The notes under the pieces: generated by a model | Seen by the model: the letters and a program-made list of their open reading frames with translations, nothing else | Told to the model about the DNA's origin: nothing | Database searches by the model: none | Shown: positions 1 to 7,989 of the stretch, in pieces | How the letters are laid out: the number at the start of each line of letters is the position of its first letter | How positions within the stretch are numbered: the stretch's first letter is position 1 | Made by a program: the position numbers and the translations under genes | DNA from: a virus | Lineage: Duplodnaviria > Heunggongvirae > Uroviricota > Caudoviricetes | DNA length: 22,307 nucleotides | Reading direction: 5' to 3' (one strand) | Virus record (IMG/VR): IMGVR_UViG_2851949629_000003

Positions 1-411
1 ATGCCTGCCCCCGTCGTCCTGATCCTTGCGGCCGGGCGTGGAGAGCGCTTTCTCGCCTCCGGTGGAAATACCCATAAGTGTATCGGCTGGCGTCAGTCCC
101 CGGAGGTTGCGCCTTATCGCTGGCCATTTGAAGAAAACGGGAGAACTTTCGACCTTGCGATTGAACCGCAGATTACGACTAATGATCTGCGTCTGATGTT
201 GAGGCTGGCTCTTGCCGGCGGAGGAATAACAATTGCCACTCAGGAAACTTTCAGGCCATATATTGAAAGCGGTAAGCTTGTATCGCTGCTTGATGACTTT
301 CTTCCACAATTTCCGGGCTTCTATCTGTATTTCCCACAGCGTCGCAATATTGCACCAAAGCTCCGCGCCCTGATTGACTACGTCAAAGAATGGCGGCAGC
401 AATTGGCTTAA
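1..411 (+). CDS. LysR-family transcriptional regulator, C-terminal effector-binding part (5' end lies left of the window)
   Basis: Frame open from base 1 to TAA at 409-411. The tail (...GKLVSLLDDFLPQFPGFYLYFPQRRNIAPKLRALIDYVKEWRQQ) matches the conserved C-terminus of LysR-type regulators from memory. Probably chromosomal flank. Confidence 0.8.
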   Translation: MPAPVVLILAAGRGERFLASGGNTHKCIGWRQSPEVAPYRWPFEENGRTFDLAIEPQITTNDLRLMLRLALAGGGITIATQETFRPYIESGKLVSLLDDFLPQFPGFYLYFPQRRNIAPKLRALIDYVKEWRQQLA

Positions 412-886
412 ATGTCTGCACCTGCACTGCCTGATGTCAGAACAGTATTTTGATGAATTGCCAAGGTTACAATGGCACAAATACGGCACAGGAGGAAACG
501 TGGTGTATTTAAATATGGGGTAACTCTTTGATTTGATAATAGGAACAAAACAAACAATAAAAACACATTGATATATAAAGATATTTTCACGTTACATCTT
601 TGGAGATACCCCCAAAAGTACCCCCAAACAATTTTCTCTCACCACCATTTGCACATAAAGCAGCCATGTACAACTGGTAGTTGAACAGGCGGGTAGACCG
701 TTCGTTCAGTAAATACCTGATATTTCCGCCAACGAGAAATTGCGTTGGCTGGCAGAGTGCAAATTTGCACGATGACCTAACCCATTGATTCTTTCGAAAA
801 CCTGCAATGCAGGAAGCCGGATAACACCATTTTTATAGCTCCGATCCCTTCAAAGTGAGGGGTAATTTGCCAAAACAGAGAGAGCA

Positions 887-1174
887 TTACTGTCTCTGGC
901 AATCTTTATCGCGATAACGCCTGAAGTACCCTCTCGCTTCCTCATCCATACCAAGAGCCGAATGAGTCCGCTTAACTGCCTGTCTTAAATCTCCGAATCT
1001 GTCTGTAGTTGCTGGTGGGCGTGCCGCCTTACGGATACATTCAGAGCGTCTGTTTGCTGCATGTTCACGTTCTTTATCGCCATCTGCCAGCATCATGACT
1101 TCTGCCCATCGTGCGGCAGCTCTCCGGTATAGCCCTTTTGACTCCAGTTCTTCAGCTTTCCTGTCCCTTATCAT
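887..1174 (-). CDS. PerC/Pch-family transcriptional activator-like protein (95 aa)
   Basis: ATG at 1174 with GAGAGG Shine-Dalgarno 5 nt upstream on the minus strand. The motif LESKGLYRRAAARWAEVM matches the PerC-family signature as I recall it. Confidence 0.65.
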   Translation of the reverse strand: MIRDRKAEELESKGLYRRAAARWAEVMMLADGDKEREHAANRRSECIRKAARPPATTDRFGDLRQAVKRTHSALGMDEEARGYFRRYRDKDCQRQ

Positions 1175-1203
1175 TTCTGCCTCTCAGATTATATAGATAA
1201 GCA

Positions 1204-1336
1204 AAAAGGTGTTGGTTCAGTTGGTTCAGTTGGTTCAATTTGTAAAGATCGTTGTTTTTATTGTGTTTTTTCTGAAATATTGAACCAACATCAACTCATT
1301 TTGAACCAACACAGCCCAGCTCTGAACCAACAACAC
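1204..1336. repeat. Iteron cluster A: three tandem GTTGGTTCA units (1211-1237) then three inverted TGAACCAAC units (1281-1334); candidate origin/cis-replication element
   Basis: Read directly. Bases 1204-1248 are a perfect 45-bp reverse complement of 11242-11286, with further imperfect similarity out to about 1336. Confidence 0.75.
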
Positions 1337-1385
1337 AGCGATAGCTTTGTGATTGGTCCGTTATTTTCTGGCTGATATTTGAGCG

Positions 1386-1415
1386 TATAACAGTGTTATA
1401 CAGTGGTATACTGTA
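1386..1415 (+). promoter_or_regulatory. Operator-like overlapping palindromes in the promoter region of the RHH gene
   Basis: TATAACA-G-TGTTATA (1386-1400, 7-bp arms) overlaps TACAGT-ggtat-ACTGTA (1399-1415). Both contain -10-like hexamers (TATAAC, TATACT) about 20-45 bp upstream of the 1434 start. Confidence 0.35.
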
Positions 1416-1433
1416 TGGATATTACTCACTGAT

Positions 1434-1889
1434 ATGGTCTTTGCAATGAGCAAATCTAATCTGGTCGCGTTCCGCATCCCATCTGAATTGCAGGATGAGT
1501 TTAATCGGTCTGTTCTCGCTTCTGGAGGGGATAAAACCTCCTGGCTTGTTGATGCGATTCGCATGAAGCTGGGACAGCCGGAAAAGTCTATTGATTCACG
1601 AATGCTTGGGCTGGTGGAGCGCATGGAAAAAGCCGCTGCGTCGCTTATTGCCGGAAAGCCGAACATCCCACCAAAGCCATATAACGAAACGGCAGTTATA
1701 AAGATCATTGCCGATACCATCCGACAGGGATTTGATAATGGGCGCGTGATAGCTGAACGGATCAATGAAGCAGGCTATCAAACAAAAGCTGGTAAAGCGT
1801 GGGATAAAGATATTTACAGCGCGTGGAAGCGTCAGGGAAGCAATGCTGAAAAGTTAAAAGCGGTGATTGATTGTAAGGTCAGCGTATAA
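1434..1889 (+). CDS. Putative ribbon-helix-helix (Arc/Mnt/CopG-like) DNA-binding protein with C-terminal extension (151 aa; alternative start at 1446)
   Basis: N-terminal pattern VAFRIPSELQDEFNRSVLASGGDKTSWLVDAIRMKL fits a beta-strand/helix/helix RHH layout. Preceded by the palindromic operator. Family not confirmed by search. Confidence 0.55.
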   Translation: MVFAMSKSNLVAFRIPSELQDEFNRSVLASGGDKTSWLVDAIRMKLGQPEKSIDSRMLGLVERMEKAAASLIAGKPNIPPKPYNETAVIKIIADTIRQGFDNGRVIAERINEAGYQTKAGKAWDKDIYSAWKRQGSNAEKLKAVIDCKVSV

Positions 1890-1968
1890 ACATGAGTGCC
1901 CATTGGAAAACTGCTTGGGCCAATACCTTTATACACCAGCAGGTGGTGACGATGGGTGAGGATCAGGC

Positions 1969-2190
1969 ATGAAAGGCAGAACGCCACACATTGAACATCA
2001 AGCCAACCACTTCTCGGATGTTCGCAATGAGATGATTGCCATTCGCGGTGATATGCACGGCTTGGAGCGTCGAATTATTGATAAGATTGATGAAAATAGA
2101 GATAAGGCCAGTGAAAATCAAAAGTGGATCATCGGCCTGTTGATTTTATCAATGCTTATCCCGCTACTTATCGCATTGGTCACAAAATGA
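1969..2190 (+). CDS. Small membrane protein, XhlA-like (73 aa): N-terminal coiled-coil-like region and one C-terminal transmembrane helix
   Basis: ATG at 1969 with GGTGAGGA Shine-Dalgarno. C-terminus NQKWIIGLLILSMLIPLLIALV is a hydrophobic helix. Overall layout resembles the XhlA family as recalled. Confidence 0.5.
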   Translation: MKGRTPHIEHQANHFSDVRNEMIAIRGDMHGLERRIIDKIDENRDKASENQKWIIGLLILSMLIPLLIALVTK

Positions 2191-2218
2191 ATATCCAATG
2201 TGTATGCTGTCGATGCTA

Positions 2219-2597
2219 CGCGCGCGTACTTGTCGCAAAATATCAGACAAAAGCCAGATTCAGAACGTCGTGATAACCACCAGCACAACAGAGAGGTCAT
2301 GTAACGCGATTTATCACACCAGATACATGTGATTGGTGTACCCGCATAAAACATCGTCATAGCGCGTCCTGTGCGCATATACGCCGATAATCAACACATC
2401 ACCACCACTCTGTCTCGTGTAGAAAACAGTTTCATGGTATCCCCCGCCATCGTGTGCGTACTGGTCGGACGCAGTTGCAAAAAATTTTGCAACTGATACC
2501 CCTCGCGCGCGTACTGGTCACGAAATTGGTGTTTTGCTGTGGCAGTGATATCAGAAAAATCTTGCTGTTTCACATAAAGCGGATATGCGCGTACTGT
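2219..2597. repeat. Five dispersed copies of a GCGCGTACTGT-like motif in the gap between the XhlA-like gene and the membrane-protein gene
   Basis: CGCGCGCGTACT at 2219-2230 and 2504-2515; GCGTACTGGTC at 2456-2466 and 2509-2519 (identical 11-mers); GCGCGTACTGT at 2587-2597; GCGCGTCCTGT at 2362-2372. TACGCGCGCGTA (2218-2229) is a perfect palindrome. Confidence 0.4.
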
Positions 2598-2693
2598 AAC
2601 GGCCCCATCAACGGGGATCGGATTTGAAATCCCGACCCAAGCTATGTACCAAATGCCATGTCTTGGATATATGATGATTGCCATTCTAAACAA
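2391..2693 (-). CDS. Doubtful hypothetical ORF (100 aa from a TTG start; 97 aa from ATG at 2684)
   Basis: No convincing Shine-Dalgarno. Its start is only ~26 bp from the divergent 2711 start. The repeated DNA motif falls in three different reading frames of this ORF, which argues it is non-coding. Confidence 0.2.
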   Translation of the reverse strand: MFRMAIIIYPRHGIWYIAWVGISNPIPVDGAVTVRAYPLYVKQQDFSDITATAKHQFRDQYAREGYQLQNFLQLRPTSTHTMAGDTMKLFSTRDRVVVMC

Positions 2694-2710
2694 CGCTAAA
2701 GGGGGTTGGT

Positions 2711-3325
2711 GTGAGCAGAAAAGATACTAAAGAATTGCTAACTATCTGCATGGTGTACTTTTCAATTTATTTTTGTGCATACATGATAGTCCCAGATGAG
2801 TTTGAACATGGCAGTATTATTTATTCCATAACATTCTATTTTTTAGAGCTAACACCAATTTTGGCTATCCTTTTGGCAATACATATTTATTTTTCCTTAA
2901 AAAAAGAATCGACTAATTGGGGGAAGGTATGGAGAGACAGAGGATTTCTAACATCACCTAAAGATGATGCATATGAGAGTGATTTTTCTGACTTTATAAC
3001 AAACTACTACTCCAGCGAACAATTCAAAAATAGACTGTCTGATGTTTGGGAAACAGCAATGTATTCCATAGGGATTATATTATTGATACTTACTGGTATT
3101 GCTCAATATGTTTTTAACATTAACTTATCATTAAATCCTGAAAATTTAATATCGCCATTGATTTTTGGTGAGATATTGATCTTCTCATTCGGAATTTTCT
3201 TGAGTGTTGTTCTCTGCTCATTATGCAAACTACTGACTAACAGGTATCCAGGTGAAGCAAGGAGAGCAAGAAAGGCAAATCCATATTATCTTTTATTTCC
3301 TAATGGAGACAGCAGAGATATCTAA
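2711..3325 (+). CDS. AT-rich integral membrane protein with four predicted transmembrane helices (204 aa); function unknown, candidate exclusion/defence effector
   Basis: GTG at 2711 preceded by AAAGGGGG (2698-2705). Roughly one-third G+C by eye, against ~50% or more in the flanks. Four long hydrophobic segments separated by a charged loop. Convergent with the split gene ending at 3344. Confidence 0.7.
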   Translation: MSRKDTKELLTICMVYFSIYFCAYMIVPDEFEHGSIIYSITFYFLELTPILAILLAIHIYFSLKKESTNWGKVWRDRGFLTSPKDDAYESDFSDFITNYYSSEQFKNRLSDVWETAMYSIGIILLILTGIAQYVFNINLSLNPENLISPLIFGEILIFSFGIFLSVVLCSLCKLLTNRYPGEARRARKANPYYLLFPNGDSRDI

Positions 3326-3343
3326 GCCATCCATGGCTACCAG

Positions 3344-4522
3344 TTATTGAGCTTCTTTTTGTGATGCCTGTGCGACTCTGGTGAGCGATTGTGTGACCGT
3401 ACTGATCGCTCTGTCATATGCTGTGCTACCTTTTGGCGTATTTGCCAAACGTAACAAGGCATTTCGTATAACAGGGCTTTCGTATGCCTTCGCGGCTCCG
3501 CCTACGGCACCAGCAGCAGGAACAACAAACGCAGCCGTTTTTAGCATCCCCGCTAATACTGCTGCGTTTATGATGCCACCACCAACTAACAATCCATAAA
3601 GCTGCTGACCATTTAAGTTTTGAACGTTCGCTTTTGCCGCGTGTCTTGTATCGTTGAGGTATTTAATAACGCCGTCCAGTTCCTTTCCATGTACGCCTTT
3701 AAAGAAAGTTGCTGATTGCTTCCTGTTCCGGTGTAACGCATTAATAAACTTCTCAACACTGATATTTCCAGACGGATCAGTCGCCTTATCTACAGCATTC
3801 TGAACTATGGCTGCTCGTGCGTTTTGCCTACCATTGTCATCCAGAAGCCTGTAAAGCTGAGAACGTTCTGATGGGCTTTGGCTAAAAACGAGTTTTGTTA
3901 CATCCTCAGGCGTGGCCTTGCCGCTGGCTATTGCCTTTTGAACGCGCGTTCTTCCCATCATGTCATTGAATTTAGACCATGAGCGATCAACCCTTGCCAT
4001 ATTAATGGCTTCGTCTGCTCCAAGATTTTTGGCTACGGCTTTTTTCATATCCGCCGTATATGCCTTGTAGATAATATCGCTGGCTTTCTGGAGCGTATCT
4101 TTATCAACAGTGTCAGATGACGCCATAAACCGCTTTCGAAGATCGGTTCTGTTTTCCCTCGCCAGACGCAGGTCATTTGGTCCGCTGGTGATATCGTCTT
4201 TAAATTGCTGCAAGACTTTTACCGCGGCTCTATCCTGAGATTTACCCGGGCGGCTTAACACAGCAATCTGATTGTCGATAGCTTTTACCGTGTTTGAGAG
4301 ATCGACAGGGGTATCCCCCATAGCGTCAATTATGCGGTTATATCGCTTTCCTGCTGCCTCAATGAATTTTTGTTGCCCTTTAGTCGCAGATTCATAAAGC
4401 TGTTTATCAGAAATGCCACCCAGACCATCGCTAAATGTTCTGACTAAATTTTCTCGTGCTTGTTGTTGATTCAGCCGATTCTTACCGGTTCCAAAAAAAG
4501 GAACTCTTTCGCCTAATGTCTG
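3344..4522 (-). pseudogene. 3' portion (392 codons) of a ~701-codon Q/A-rich gene split by IS66 copy 1
   Basis: The track ORF 3344-4321 stays open upstream with no stop to the IS boundary at 4522/4523. It is in frame with 7063-7989 once the IS and one target-duplication copy are removed. Confidence 0.7.
4515..4522. repeat. Left 8-bp target-site duplication AATGTCTG of IS66 copy 1
   Basis: Identical to 7055-7062, immediately outside the element ends. Confidence 0.85.
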
Positions 4523-4552
4523 GTAAGCGTTAACGGAGTGCCGTATTGACGC

Positions 4553-6166
4553 TTATTTATTGGTGAGTACTACGTTCCATGGCAGGAGTTCGTCAACTCG
4601 GTTGGAAGGCCATTCCGGCAGTACGCTCAGGATATGGCGCAGATACGCTTCCGGATCGATACCGTTCAAACGGCAGGTGCCGATCAGCCCGTACAACAGT
4701 GCTCCACGCTCGCCGCCGTGATCGCTGCCAAAGAACATAAAGTTTTTCTTTCCGAGACAGACTGCACGAAGCGCTCTTTCCGCAGCATTATTATCCGCCT
4801 CCGCCAGACCGTCATCACTGTAATAACAGAGGACATCCCACTGATTCAGTACATAGCTGAACGCTTCGCCCAGTCTGGATTTTTTCGACAGCGTACCATT
4901 CTTCTCCACCATCCATTCATGCAGCGACGTCAGTAACACTTTGCTTCGCTGCTGCCTGACCGCCAGGCGTTCAGACACCGGCAACCCGCGTATTTCGTGC
5001 TCAATGGCGTACAGTTCACTGATTCGCTTCAGGGCTTCTTCTGCCGTCGCACTTTTGCTGCTGATGTATACATCGTGGATTTTTCGCCGGGCATGGGCCC
5101 AGCACGCAACTTCTGTCAGTGCACCACCTTCACGTTCTGCACTGAACAACCTGTCGTAACCTGTGAACGCATCCGCCTGCAGGATACCCCGGAAGGGGCG
5201 GAGGTGTTGCTCCGGGTGTTTCCCCTGCCGGTTCGGCGAGTACGCGAACCAGACCGCTGGAGGAGATGACGAACCCACATTGCGATCATCCCGGACATAC
5301 GTCCAGATACGCCCTGTTTTCGCCTTTTTCTGACCCGGTGCCAGTACCTTTACCGGTGTGTCATCAGTGTGAACCTTGCGGGTGTTCATTACATAACGGT
5401 ACAGGGCATCATTCACCGGTGTCATTAACTGGCAGCACGCGTCAACCCAGTTGGAGAGTAAGGCCCGGCTCAGTTCGACACCCTGGCGGGCAAAGATTTC
5501 ACTCTGACGATACAGTGGCAGATGTTCGCAGTATTTTCCCGTTAACACGCGGGCAAGTAATCCGGGGCCCGCGATACCACGCTCTATCGGGCGGGACGGC
5601 GCCGGTGCTTCAACAATACAGTCACATTTTGTACAGGCTTTTTTTACCCGTTCTGTGCGGATCACTTTCAGGGCACTGCTCACCAGTTCCAGCTGTTCAG
5701 CGCTGACTTCCCCCAGATAATCCAGCTCACCGCCACACTCCGGGCAACAGCTTTCTTCTGGCTCCAGGCGGTGTATTTCACGGGGAAGGTGTGCCGGTAA
5801 CGGACGACGATGGCGCGACTGTCGCAACTGGCGGGGAACCTGAGGATCGTCTTCCCGCCCACTGTAACGATCGCTGTCCTGTTCACGTTGTTTCAGCAGA
5901 GCCTCAGCCAGTTCAACTTCACGACGCAGTTTTTCAGAACGGGTACCGAACAGCATCCGGCGCAGTTTTTCTATCTGAGCCCGCAGATGTTCTATTTCCC
6001 GTTCATCTTCTTCGATCTTTTCTTCGGCACGTGTCAGTGCAGAGCGCAGGAAGGCTTCCGTCTCTTCAACCAGACTCAGTTGCTGGTCTTTCTGACGGAG
6101 GGCTTCAGCCTGCTCAGAGAGCAACCTTTCCAGCTCTGCGATGCGAATGAGGTATTTCTGACTCAT
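4553..6166 (-). CDS. tnpC: IS66-family transposase TnpC (537 aa)
   Basis: Long ORF with coiled-coil N-terminus and Cys-rich zinc-finger-like segment (CPECGG...CTKCDC), typical IS66 ORF3 layout. About 90% identical to the second copy. Confidence 0.9.
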   Translation of the reverse strand: MSQKYLIRIAELERLLSEQAEALRQKDQQLSLVEETEAFLRSALTRAEEKIEEDEREIEHLRAQIEKLRRMLFGTRSEKLRREVELAEALLKQREQDSDRYSGREDDPQVPRQLRQSRHRRPLPAHLPREIHRLEPEESCCPECGGELDYLGEVSAEQLELVSSALKVIRTERVKKACTKCDCIVEAPAPSRPIERGIAGPGLLARVLTGKYCEHLPLYRQSEIFARQGVELSRALLSNWVDACCQLMTPVNDALYRYVMNTRKVHTDDTPVKVLAPGQKKAKTGRIWTYVRDDRNVGSSSPPAVWFAYSPNRQGKHPEQHLRPFRGILQADAFTGYDRLFSAEREGGALTEVACWAHARRKIHDVYISSKSATAEEALKRISELYAIEHEIRGLPVSERLAVRQQRSKVLLTSLHEWMVEKNGTLSKKSRLGEAFSYVLNQWDVLCYYSDDGLAEADNNAAERALRAVCLGKKNFMFFGSDHGGERGALLYGLIGTCRLNGIDPEAYLRHILSVLPEWPSNRVDELLPWNVVLTNK

Positions 6167-6196
6167 GACCGTTTTTATAATGCGGTCAGGAGTTTT

Positions 6197-6547
6197 TTAC
6201 AACATTGTCAGTGAGTTACGGCTGGATGTTTTTGGCTGACGCCAGTCCAGCTTATCGAGGAGCATTGCCAGTTGCGAGCGGGTAATGGATACCTTGCCGT
6301 CACGTACCGCAGGCCAGATAAACTGGCCTTCCTCCAGGCGTTTGGTGAACAGGCACAGACCATCAGCATCAGCCCAAAGAATTTTGACGGTGTCACCCCG
6401 TCGGCCACGGAAGATAAACAGGTGACCGGAGAAGGGATTATCATTCAGCACATGTTGTACCTGTTCTCCCAGTCCGTTGAAGGATTTACGCATATCGGTA
6501 ACGCCGGCAACGAGCCAGATACGGGTACCTGATGGGAGTGAGATCAT
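6197..6547 (-). CDS. tnpB: IS66-family TnpB accessory protein (116 aa)
   Basis: Middle ORF of the IS66 triplet. Its start overlaps the tnpA stop (6544-6547). Confidence 0.85.
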   Translation of the reverse strand: MISLPSGTRIWLVAGVTDMRKSFNGLGEQVQHVLNDNPFSGHLFIFRGRRGDTVKILWADADGLCLFTKRLEEGQFIWPAVRDGKVSITRSQLAMLLDKLDWRQPKTSSRNSLTML

Positions 6548-6969
6548 CTTCCCCTCCCGGTCAGTTCACGGATCAACACTGTGAGCAGCTCTGGCGATGG
6601 ATTTTCCAGCGTCATGTTACCGTGACGGAATTCCACCTTGCAGGAACTGGCACTGACTCTGGTCTGAGTGGAAGTGGATAAAGACGGCGCAATGGCCGCC
6701 ACAGGTTCTTTCTGCTCATCCGGCGTTATTTCTACAGGTAATAATTCAACGCCAGTGTCAGAAGAGGTCGTTACCGGAAGACGCCGCGAAACACGCCCTT
6801 CGTTCTGCCAGAGCCTGAGCCATTTGAAAATAACATTATCATTGACGCCATTTTCACGTGCAATCTGTGCAACACAAGCTCCAGGTTGTGATGCCAGTTC
6901 CACCATACGAAGTTTGAATTCATTCGAATAGTTTTTACGAGGTTCTTTTCGCCAGTCCTGTAATTCCAT
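6544..6969 (-). CDS. tnpA: IS66-family TnpA (141 aa, helix-turn-helix)
   Basis: First ORF of the IS66 triplet, with a conserved N-terminal DNA-binding-like segment (FKLRMVELASQPGA...IFKWLRLWQ). Confidence 0.85.
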   Translation of the reverse strand: MELQDWRKEPRKNYSNEFKLRMVELASQPGACVAQIARENGVNDNVIFKWLRLWQNEGRVSRRLPVTTSSDTGVELLPVEITPDEQKEPVAAIAPSLSTSTQTRVSASSCKVEFRHGNMTLENPSPELLTVLIRELTGRGR

Positions 6970-7054
6970 ACTTAGATGTCCGTCTATATCAGATGGGCGT
7001 CTAAGTTACCAATTCTCGTCTGATGGCTACATACGGCGGTCAGTTTACGCTTAC

Positions 7055-7062
7055 AATGTCTG
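7055..7062. repeat. Right 8-bp target-site duplication AATGTCTG of IS66 copy 1
   Basis: Identical to 4515-4522. Confidence 0.85.
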
Positions 7063-7989
7063 AGCCTGACTCTGCATAAAGGTTTTATCTTTCAGCATGT
7101 CACTGGTCATTAACGGCAGATTTCTTTCCGATGCAAAGTCGACAGCAGCCTTTGCTTCAGGCGACATATCACCACGAACAGCCCTCGAAACCGCACTCGC
7201 TGTATTTTCCAGCCCCTTACCAATACCACCAATGCCAGCAGAAATTACCGTTTGTAACGGATCAATATCTTCTCCACCAGCGAGGCTGGTGGCTCCCTGT
7301 AGTGCTAAATCTGTAGCTGCTGATTTCCCTATGGCCCCCAGCACCGTTCCGGCCCTGCCCGCTGGTGTAAACGCCAGCGCATTAGCCAGAAACGATGCCA
7401 CGTCTTGCGGCGATAAACCCGGCTTGTTCAGAGCATAATCACCGGATGGCAGGGAAACGATAGTGTTACCCTTCTCATCCTGCCTTAATTTCGCTCCCAT
7501 GCTCTGAAGAATCTTTTCCTGAGATGCGTCAGAGCCGAAAAGTTGAGACCATCGAGTTTTTAGAGCATCCATGCTGAGTGAGGTTAACTCTGGGGCAAGG
7601 TCGACATTTTGCAGTCTCTCCATCTCTGGAGTCATTCGGCTTTCGCCTGTTATAGCATCGCGCATCGCAGCCCCAAGGCTGGCTCCCTGTTCTGCTGAAC
7701 GCTCAAGCCCCTCTCTTTGCTGAGTAGCTAACTTTGCATACCCTGACGCAAGAGAATTATCAGATGATGTATGTTGAATATTTTGAGTTGCTGATTGGGC
7801 TCGGTCTATTTCATTCGTTGATGGTAGTGGATAGGCAGCATAAAAAGCCTGCTTAGCCTGCTCTACACTTTCTCCGGCTTGCGGGGCAACGACTTCATTG
7901 AAGTATTGCTCCTGAGCCTGCGCTTTTTGTTCTGGTGCTAACGCCTGATACTGTGGAGAAGCGATAACATCTTTCCATGCTTTAGCCAT
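7055..7989 (-). pseudogene. 5' portion (native codons 7063-7989, 309 aa) of the IS-split ~701-codon gene
   Basis: ATG at 7987-7989 overlaps the upstream stop (TAATG). The apparent stop at 7051-7053 lies inside the IS terminus. Frame continues into 4522 when the IS is excised. Confidence 0.7.

Larger units (their letters stand above)
4523..7054 (-). mobile_element. IS66-family insertion sequence, copy 1 (2532 bp), tnpA-tnpB-tnpC on the minus strand
   Basis: Ends GTAAGCG...(4523) and ...CGCTTAC (7054) form imperfect terminal inverted repeats. Three-ORF IS66 layout. Flanked by a perfect 8-bp direct repeat. Confidence 0.9.

Noticed and set aside
408-590. 60-aa minus-strand ORF next to the LysR stop
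   Set aside because: AT-rich intergenic sequence with a low-complexity hydrophobic translation, no ribosome-binding site, and overlap with the LysR stop. Probably non-coding.
1204-1336. Possibility that the tandem 9-bp repeats are a CRISPR array
   Set aside because: Units are only 9 bp, directly abutting with no spacers, and occur in both orientations. This is iteron-like, not CRISPR.
1361-1781. Minus-strand ORFs of 134 and 61 aa overlapping the RHH gene
   Set aside because: Fully antisense to the RHH ORF, which has the operator, a plausible start and a recognisable fold pattern. The 134-aa frame would also run through the operator.
3381-3599. Plus-strand 72-aa ORF overlapping the 3' part of the split gene
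   Set aside because: Antisense to a long coupled ORF; its composition (Ala/Pro-rich) is typical of the reverse frame of a Q/A-rich gene.
4634-6214. Several plus-strand ORFs of 70-146 aa inside IS66 copy 1 (e.g. 5266-5706, 5791-6150, 5810-6214)
   Set aside because: They lie antisense to the well-supported TnpC gene in GC-rich sequence where long spurious frames are expected, with no ribosome-binding sites or recognisable motifs.
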